The notes under the pieces: generated by a model
Database searches by the model: none
The model's input: the letters and a program-made list of their open reading frames with translations, nothing else
Told to the model about the DNA's origin: nothing
Made by a program: the position numbers and the translations under genes
Shown: positions 54,666 through 64,000 of the stretch, in pieces
How the letters are laid out: each line of letters starts with the position of its first letter
Numbering within the stretch: position 1 is the first letter of the stretch
DNA from: Schmidtea polychroa
Taxonomy: Eukaryota
DNA length: 64,000 nt
Assembly: GCA_044892525.1 (NCBI GenBank)
Contig: CM097885.1
Span: 5,210,001 to 5,274,000 of the forward strand
Direction of reading: 5' to 3'

Positions 54666-54897
54666 ATGTGAACCCCGTACGCCACCATTAGTTACCACGC
54701 ACTGGTTAGCAACAAAGGCCCCTACCTTTTTTTCAAGGTCAAGTCACGATTATTGATTTTAAAGTGCATTTATCGATTTTTAAATGCAAAATTTTCAAAT
54801 TACAAATTTGAGTATTGATTTAAATGTGCAATTATTGTATAAAAAGTGCAAATATTGATTTAAAAGTGAATTTTTACTTTTTTGTTTTATCTCACTG
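54666..54897. repeat. dispersed ~240-bp repeat, second copy at about 59027-59278
   Basis: Both start ATGTGA.CCCC.TACGCCACCATTAGTTACC and share ATTGATTTAAA subrepeats. Confidence 0.85.
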
Positions 54898-55391
54898 TAG
54901 GGCGGGAGTTTGAGATTTTCAAAATATTATTTCGACTAAAATATAGAGGATGACGTCACCTACATCTTTACTGACCACAACATTTTTGTATCTCTTCAAG
55001 ATATTTCTGACGATAAATTAAAATTTTTCAAAGAGAAACTTGATTAGAAAAAGATTTTTTGAGATATTTGGAAATTTTCTTTTTGTAAAATATGGAGAAT
55101 TACAAGCCCTACAACTTTACTGGCCACGACTTGTTCAAATATTTATTGGAAAATGGTCCAAAATACAAAAAACCAAATATTTTGTACCTTAAATGGCGCT
55201 AGGTTCCAGAACCTTATCATGCAAGTCTCTAAATTTTACTTTGTAAAATGTTAGACCTTTGAGTAAAGTACATTTTTGTTGAATAACTGATTAAAGCAGC
55301 GGCAATGAATAAGTCAACAAATTTATATTTCATAAGAAAAAAATAATTTCAATCAAAGATAATCGAGGCAGATAGAAAGATCGGGTGCATT

Positions 55392-58300
55392 TCATCTCGG
55401 TACGGCTTCATCCCACGGTCCATGGATGTTACTGATTATATAAATATATATATAGTTATAGATATGCGTTAGTTACTGACTAAAGATAAGCGAAAAAATA
55501 TCAATTTACTTTTTCAACCGTTGCATCCGAATGAAAATCAAAGGACAAATAAAGTTGATCCCAACAGCAAGCAAAACGAAACAAACCGTCACAAAGGTCG
55601 ACAGCCAGTACCAGAGGCACAGAAAACAGATTAAACTCAGAATAATTGTCATTGAGATTTGTAAATGCGGATAAAACGTTTTCTAGTGGCAATGCAATTA
55701 AAATATAGAAATCATTTGAGAAATAAAAATTGTTTATTCAATTAATTTTCATAGAAGTTGATGAAGTGCACAAATCTGTTATTGAGTGGTGGAAAAAGTG
55801 AGCAAGTTAGTTATGAAAATACTCAATCCAAATTTTAGTATTAACAATAAAAGTAATATTACAGTTGTTATCCCATTATCCCAAGCTAAACATTTTAAGA
55901 AAAGAATGAATTTAAGATTGTGCAAAAACCAATAGAAAACAATTGCATGTGCTTCGAAGTCAACTTTTCGAAAAAGCGTCTAGATTGCGGAAGATTTAAT
56001 TACAGCAATAAATATTAAAAAGAGAGCTTGAAGACTATAAATCAATAATATCGATGTTTGTTGATACTCACGAATAGAATGACCTTGACCTATTTACTAA
56101 AAATAGAATGACCATGATGAGTCATCGATGACGTCATGCGACCTTGTTGCTAAAAATAGAATGACCTTGGCCTAGTTGCCATGGGGACCACCGTTGCTAT
56201 GGATGAGTCATGCGACCTTGATCTAGTTACCATGGTACCACGGTTGCTATGGGTGAGTCATATGACCTTGATCCAGTTACCACGGTTACTATGGATGAGT
56301 CATCGATGAGTCATATGTCTTTGTTTTGCGCTGAGTCATCGGGGGGGGGGGGGTAGTGCAAAAAAATGACAAAAAACGATGAGTCATGGAGCACACTTCT
56401 CTCTACTTTTGCATTTTGTTTCGTGTAAGAGTGGTGCTGATTTGTGCACTTTTTTCCAGTGTTCGTGATAATTGCTGGTTTTGCTCTTGACGTGTTCGTT
56501 GAGTCATGTTTGGAACGTTCTATATGTTTCGCATATGTGCGATGCGTCACATCTCGTGCAAGTAATTTGGTAAACAATGTTCTTTGAGAAGCAGAAACAT
56601 TTGGTGGAGGATTGGCATATACAATCTCGATGAAATAGGTCTGATTTTAGAAATTTTTGAGACTTACGAAGCTGTGATTTCAAAGGTGCAGCAGTTGTAA
56701 AAATTGTGGGAATATGAACTGGAAACTCCATATTGCGAATGTAAGCTCTGATTGTATTGCATGTCCTATTGTTTAAAAAAGGGAAGTGTAGGTATATTAC
56801 TGGCTTATTGACATGTTCCTCTTGTGTATTATGCCTATTAGAGTTATATTCACTCAAGAAGTATTTTTCTACGAACTCCATTGGGTATCCATTTTGTAAG
56901 AACCGTCAAAAAGTCTACACAGTGGGCACATTCTTCCTTGGGAAATTCGTGTTCCACTCCAACGAAAAATCGCTCTATTAGTAGGAGAGAGAAAAAGAGG
57001 ACAAAACGAAAAAACAAGAAACACTGGAAAACTTTAAAAAAACTTAAACTGTCCATCAACATTCAACTAAATTAATACTTAATTAGATTAAATTTAAAAT
57101 TAAAATATTTTTTAAAATATAAAAAACGATTTTTTATAAAATAAAATATTAAAAAATTAAAAAATAGAATTTAAAATGTAAAAAATAGGAAATATTATTT
57201 GGGTAATTAAAATAAAATATAAATAAAATATAATTAAACCAATAAATTAATTATGAAATAAGAAATAAATTTATTTTTCCCCGCCAATAATTATTAAATG
57301 TAATAATGATCAAATTCATTTGAAAAGGCAGTGCCGAAAATTCGTGAGTGTCAACAAACATCGATATATTATTGATTTATAGTCTTCAAGCTCTCTTTTT
57401 AATATTTATTGCTGCAATTAAATTTTCCACAATCTAGACGCTTTTTCGAAAAGTTGACTTCGAAGCACATGCAATTTTTTTCTATTGATTTTTGCGCAAT
57501 CTCAAATTCATTCTTTTCTTAAAATGTTTAGCTTGGGATAATGGGATAACAACTGTAATATATCATGACGATCTTCCCCCAGGTAATTTATTCATTTATT
57601 ATGTTATTTATCACTTAGATATCCTCAACAATATGCACATTCCAAACTCTTTTCCATAGATGAATATTACAGTAGAATATCAACTTTCTAATAAGCGAAG
57701 ATTAGAAATTAGAGGAAATCAAAAAATTCAAAAAAATTGCCAAAAATTCGTGTTAACTAAACGAAAAATATTAATTTATCATCTGAAATCGAATTGATAT
57801 ATTGAAAAGAAATTATATATAATATTTAATCAATGGTGAAAAAATAAAAAGATTTTACCGATAACAATTTTATCTTGTTTTATTGAAGTAATTTATTGAT
57901 TTTCAATATTATTTACTGAATTAATTTATTATTGATTAAAATTGAATTAGAATAAATTTTTATAGTTTAACTATAAAATCGATCAGACAGAAATTAATTA
58001 GAATTTTTATTTGAAAATTTGCATATTATTGGATATTTGAGAAGGGCTCCAGAAACGCGTGACCCAATAAAAAGAAAGTTTTACTGTATAATTAATGTGC
58101 AAATTTCCTAGAATTTCCTGATCTCGATTTCATTGAAAATTAACTCTAAAAATGAAAATTATTACTTACTTTGATTTTGCAGGTGAAATTTGGTTGCAGG
58201 CCGAAAATGGCCATGGCAGAATTGACCATGACAAATGTATGCCAGAGAGATGGTAGTCGAGACGACAAACAGAGACTGGCCATCAAACCAGCATTGAGAG

Positions 58301-61300
58301 AGAGCGGATTCAATTCTCTATAAATTGTTAAAAGAGAAAGATAAAAAGAAAGAGCCAGAGATCAGACTCACATTTTCCTATTAGCGGAATCGACCGAATT
58401 GTACGTGTGACAAGCCCAGCTGGCAATCAACAGAAAGAGAGTGAGAGCATATATTGTGTCGGTGCTAATTGATGCGGTTAACGTATGCAGCACCGGGCAC
58501 AGAATGACATTGAACACCACGATTGTCGAGCCAATTCGAATTTCCAACCAAACTAGTCACATTAAATGGTGAAAAATTCACAATCAAAATTAAACTTCAT
58601 CTGAAACGGCAATCTAATTGGCAGTTTTTATAATATTATATATAATAGCTTGGAAATGATGACGAGACAGCAGCAATCCTTACTACTTTTGTTACCATTA
58701 CCGAATAGTAAAAAAAAATAAAACAAATTTATGATTTTCTATAGGTGAAATTAACTCGAAACATTTACATATTAACCTTCCTAAGGCCAGGTGGGGTAAT
58801 ATTTCCGCGATAATATTTAACATTACCTTATATTTTATTGAATTAAATCTCCCAATTTTCATCGTATTTAAACCATCTACCATCAATTCTTTTATTTCAT
58901 CTTTATTTAAATCGATGTATTTATTTATGTAAATATTTCACCAAAAACATGATTATATTATATTATATTATATTCATCATAATCATCATTTTCAGTAAAA
59001 ACTTTTGTTTAGTAACATCTTTGTTATGTGAGCCCCTTACGCCACCATTAGTTACCGTGCACTGGTGAGCAACAGAGCCCCTACCACTACCCCCTCTTTT
59101 TTATCAAGTTCAAGTCGCGATTATTGATTTTAAAAAATTTCTATTTTTATTGATTTTTAGGTGCAAATTGTTCAAATTAGAAATTCGAGTATTGATTTAA
59201 ATGTGCAATTATTGATTAAAAAGTGCAAATATTGATTTAAAAGTCAATTTTTACTTTTTTGTTTTATTTTATTTCACTTTCGGTAGGACAGTCCTACAAT
59301 TTGCATATTTGTCCTACGTACTACATGAAAGGGAAATTGAGCCATTTTCCTTTTTAATTTAACAAAAAAAAATTTTAACGAAAATTCAAAGCAAAGGCAT
59401 CTAGATTAAAATATTTCTGACAATTTTTTAAACATGTTTGAATGCATTTGATTTTTACTGATTTATAGTCTTCAAACTCTCTTTTTAATAAATTCATTTG
59501 ATTTTATTTATTTTTATAAAATCAGTTTAATATTAAGTATAAAATAAAGAATTGAAATTATTTTAAGTATTATTTAGAATATCAACTATACTGCTCAAAT
59601 TAGAGTTGCCACACGTCCTACAATTTGGATATTTGTCCTACTTTGAGCCCCTCAACATGTGGCAACCCTATATCCAAAGTTTGTTTTAAATTCTCGATGA
59701 CATACTTCACATTTCTTCATTTCATAATCTCTTTTTCGTTTTACTCCAATACATTTTGAATAATGGAGGTAAAAAAATTTGTAATATATCTAATTCCAAA
59801 ATTTTCACAAAATCTAGAATTGTTGTCGTTTAATTCCTCTTGATTTTAAATGAGAAAAATATCGTGATGGTCTTTGAACGGTTTTTAAACTAATTTTACA
59901 ATTGAATTATTCTGGCACAAATGACATTTTATTTTTCAATGTTTTGTTTATATTTTACACTAAGACCCCTTCGTGGTTATTGATTTTTTTGATTATCATT
60001 TATCGGTTTTCATTTTTGCATTCGTGTGTATGTGTGCATGAACTGGATTCTCGGGTCGATGAGCCACCCCCTAGTTATTCCAAGGGTTATCATTTAATAT
60101 CACTTTGCATCAATTTCATCACAAAAAAGAATCCTGTTTGCATTTTATTGTAAGGAATTTGCTTGGGGTATAAAAAAATAAGATCGCAAATGTCGGAAAA
60201 TATGTAAATCTTATGATAAGTAATGAGTTACTATATTGTTGGGTTATTGAGTTGGTGATAAATTTAAATGTTACTCTGACTCCAAAGCGTGTTTATTAAT
60301 TCACAATTCAACACTCTCGAACACAATAAACTTTATTAATATCCACAGGGAATTGTACAAATCTCAGTTACAAACTATAACCAATTTATCACACAGAACT
60401 TATTTCGACACTACGTGAAGAATAGCTCTTTCTGTAATCACAACAATAATCACCGTCACAATCAATAATCAACCACACAATTTATTTACTCCACTTTTAC
60501 TTTATATTCAATTTTATAAAAGATTCTCGTTGTGATTCTCCTTTTTAACTCTTTTCATCTCTAATTTTGCTCTACTTTTGTCTCTAATTTCGTTTCGTTT
60601 TGTTCTCAACTTCGTTCTGTTTTCGTTCTACTTTTTGTTCTAATTTTGTTCTAATTTTGTTCTGATTTCTCGTCCATCAGTTTTCCTTTATATAGTTGTT
60701 TTGTTTATGGCACTGGCGACATATTTTGTTTTCCTATTTCCATTTCTTCTGCGTTACCCGCTATGTCAGCCTTATCTCTGATAGATGTCGAGATATTTTC
60801 CCTTTTTTTGTTTGACCGCCCTCTCCCAGCAATTACGTTATCACTAGCAGGCTGTCGAGATAAGAATATTGTTGTTTTCCTTTTTTCCTGATTTCAAAAT
60901 TCCATTTCCTTTTTTGCTTTTATTTTCATGTTTGATTCCTTTTATTTCCTTTATCTTTCTCATTTTTAATTTCTTTTTACTTCCGTTTTCTTTTCTGAGT
61001 TCCCATAGATCGTCCCGTTTGTCATGGTGTTCTTCCCCCAGGTAATTTTATTTATAAATTGTTTATTTAGGTATCCTCAACGATATGTAAGAAGACAAGT
61101 AATGTCCATTTTGTAAACATTTGTATTTCATAGAATATTTTATTGAACTAGCAATAACAGTGAAAAAGTATTGGGTTACAAATATACTCCCTAAGTGGGT
61201 AAGAAATTTGAGCCGGCCTTAGGAAGGTTAATAAAATACTTTGTGGAAAATATAAATAAAAAGCGTGAATTAAAAATAGCCCATTATAATTACAGAATTA

Positions 61301-63093
61301 AAAATTTTTATAATTATTATTTATTAATCGATATGAAATTTATCTGAAAATCGACTTCTATCGAATGATAATAAAATTAATTCAATTGTATAAATATATT
61401 AGAAGCTATTTTACAATTTACCCTCCTAAACATTGCCAGAGCGGGAGGAGATTTCCATCGTGTGCGGAAAAACAAGCCAATGAAAATATATCCGCCATAA
61501 GCGCTGAGTAATAACCTTGTCTATGACGAACTTAATAGATTAAAAATTTACAATAACCTTTATTTTAAGTTGACATTTTTTAATTGTTATTTTTTATTAG
61601 TACTTAACTCATTTTGTTCAACCTAATTTATTTTTAGTAATTAATTAATTAATTTAGTCGATAAAATATTGATAATTTATCTTATACAAGTAAAATTCTA
61701 GATGAAATTAATTTTTTTCTGCTACTCAAATAGAATAGTTATTTTTCCAACAACCAGAAAATGATCCACCTGACATCCTTCACCTTGAACCCTTCACCTA
61801 GATCTGCCTGATAAGCATTTCATACCAGCCGTGATTACTAGACATCAAATAAAGGTTCGAATAAGCGATCATTTTAGGGTAAGTAAAAAACGTTTTGCCA
61901 TATTAGATTGAGATTTATTATTGTAAATGTAATTAATTAATAAATAATTTAAATTATTAAATCGTTGATTTATCGATATATTTATATATTAGAAATGAAA
62001 GTAATAATTTTGATTTAATAGTTGTGTAATTTCTCCAGGAGTTCCAATTTCTCTCGAGTTAGACCGTACCGCTTACTTATGGACTTTTACTCGGTGGCAA
62101 TTCATTTTATTAATAGGAGAACATTTTAGGTACGAATTTTTTAAATGTTTCCATCAACATTTTGTAACTTATTTCCTCGGTAAACTTTTGGCGCGTTAAG
62201 AGCAATAATAAATAAGAGGAAACATTAATTCAATAAAGTCGGAGGGGGAGGGAGTCAAAGAACCTCCTAGCAGTAGATGAGAGATACCAAACTGTATGTA
62301 ATTGTAAAATGTTGGTTATAAACAGCTATTTAATGAATTAATAATTCCGCTATATTTATTAATTAAGAAACGGATTAATCAATTAAATTGTGAAGAGAAA
62401 GAGCAAAGGGGTTATGGAAAGGTAACTGCGACAATTTCCATAAAAATACAATAAAAATCATCGAAATGATCCCAAATAACTTCCTGCCATTTATTTACCG
62501 GCAATATACAGAAACTCTTACACTCTTCAATATATAGCCCTCCCCACCTCACCTCCCCGTTATTGACTAAATGAAACATTTTAACTAATAAATTACAATC
62601 AATATATAAATTTAACAATAATAATGAGAATGAATTAATGGGGGAAAATTACCAATTTCATGCCGTTTCAGGTGGAATTTCAATTAACAAATTACACTTA
62701 CAATCATCTAAATGTCCGTCAATTAAAAATATGATAAAATATGCACAAATAATGCAGCAAAATAATAATATAACTAATTTAGAAATGCCTATAATATTTA
62801 AGCTCATAAATATGTATATAAAAACGAATATAATAATCCTAAATGGTAAGTAAAATTGAAATTGTGATCAAAATATTTTACCAACAAAATTGATGATATA
62901 TAGATCCAGCTTCAATAATAGTTTCGTGTAAATTATACTCTTTTACATATACTATCAATTTCAATAATACATAAAATTTAAACCCAGAAAACTTACGATT
63001 AGTTTTCATATTTTTTAAAAATAATGATTCATCTACGTAATTGTCTGGAACATCGAAATTTTCGTATAAAACTTTTCTCCAAATCTTCTTCAT
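55392..63093 (-). CDS. PIGC: phosphatidylinositol N-acetylglucosaminyltransferase subunit C; exons 63093-62997, 62951-62882, 62838-62702, 58552-58372, 58317-58170, 55682-55510, 55431-55392 (281 aa)
   Basis: WRKVLYE..PDNYVD, PVLHTLTASISTDTIYA, LSLNAGLMASLCLSSRL, NIHGPWDEA. All six introns are GT-AG and phase-compatible; exon total is 846 nt. Confidence 0.92.
55862..57555. mobile_element. Tc1/mariner-type foldback MITE with >210-bp TIRs, interrupted by a Penelope fragment
   Basis: 55862-56075 is the reverse complement of 57340-57555; ends TA|CAGTTG...CAACTG|TA. Related pieces lie near 42630-42705 and 59460-59490. Confidence 0.85.
56076..56960 (-). mobile_element. second Penelope-like family fragment (linker + GIY-YIG) with repetitive 3' UTR
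   Basis: NGYPMEFV, YLHFPFL, KNIVYQITCTRCDASHICETYR, followed by KPAI. Confidence 0.8.
59601..59670. mobile_element. 70-bp hAT-type MITE
   Basis: TIRs TAGAGTTGCCACA and TGTGGCAACCCTA; the internal GTCCTACAATTTG..ATTTGTCCTAC also occurs at 59291-59317. Confidence 0.65.
60237..61082 (-). mobile_element. solo LTR (846 bp) in a PIGC intron
   Basis: TGTTGGG...CCTCAAC(G) with TSD ATAT; minus-strand CTATATAAAGG. Shares GTTACTCTGACTCCA with the 48887 LTR. An end fragment recurs at about 57563-57630. Confidence 0.85.
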
Positions 63094-63810
63094 AAAATAT
63101 GTTATAAACTAATAAACTATTTAAATGCTATTTAAACATAAAGTGAAATATAAATCAATTATTTAAATAATTCTAGGTCATCAATGACGTTCTACTGTAA
63201 AGAAACACAATTTTGAAATTTTCTTAATTATGATATTTTAATAATAATTTCGAAATTTCAAAATGCCATATTTATATTTTATAGTAATTTTCATGTAAAA
63301 TTTTAATTGATTTATCATTTTTTGAAAAATTGAAAAATTTTTTGAATTATTTTCAGATACACTAAAACCTCGATTAACGTCGTTTTCGAAGTTACGTTGT
63401 TTTTGAAATTTTGTTATTTCAGAGTTGTGTTTTTAAAATTTCTATTTGGGTTGCTTACATTTCCCATATAATGAACCGAAAGCGCCAACAAGAGGAATAA
63501 ATGTGTCCAAAGTTAAAAATTAGGGATTATCATTTTGTAACAGTCAAAATATCACTAATTTAATATTGGATTATGATTTATTTTTTAGTTGATTAACATA
63601 AAAAAATCACTCAGCACTATTCACAATTCACATATCCACCTTTATATAGTTTATTAATTTAGTCATTTTAATGTAAAGATAGGTTCAATGGAGGAAGATT
63701 AGAAAATGAATTTAATAAAAAGTTGTGTATATATGAATCGTAGGGGTTTTTAAATGTATTAGATTATTAAATGAAATAATAATTAAATTTCAATATTTTA
63801 AAATATCCCA

Positions 63811-63948
<138 letters not shown>

Positions 63949-64000
63949 GTACTTTTATTCGTTAAAACAGTTATCGGGTTCATATGAAAGAAAAATATTT

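Noticed and set aside
55501..55692. 63-aa ORF listed in the track
   Set aside because: Wrong frame of PIGC exon 6.

Overview
Very AT-rich eukaryotic DNA with GT-AG spliceosomal introns of about 40-80 nt and abundant (ATT)n tracts. The TRAF gene indicates an animal; the composition is compatible with a flatworm such as a planarian, which is inference only. Host genes: a 7-exon PIG-C, a 4-exon TRAF, an intronless ABC-F ATPase, the 5' part of an S9 peptidase, a two-exon gene of unknown function, and actin pseudogene fragments. The rest is satellites and transposon material: three Penelope-like fragments (two with minimal hammerhead ribozymes), a full-length pogo ORF, hAT, mariner, Maverick and Gypsy relics, MITEs, and TGTTG..CAACA solo LTRs with 4-bp TSDs. 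Three observations stand out. (1) A 1.1-kb intron-containing piece of splicing factor SF3A1 is inserted inside a Penelope 3' end just before its hammerhead, with an empty-site copy in the same window. (2) An unrecognised protein family has three homologues here (CxxC, coiled coil, basic tract, acidic tail); one lies wholly inside a 2.1-kb TSD-flanked LTR-like unit. (3) The pogo transposase resembles oomycete elements. All calls were made by eye, without database searches.
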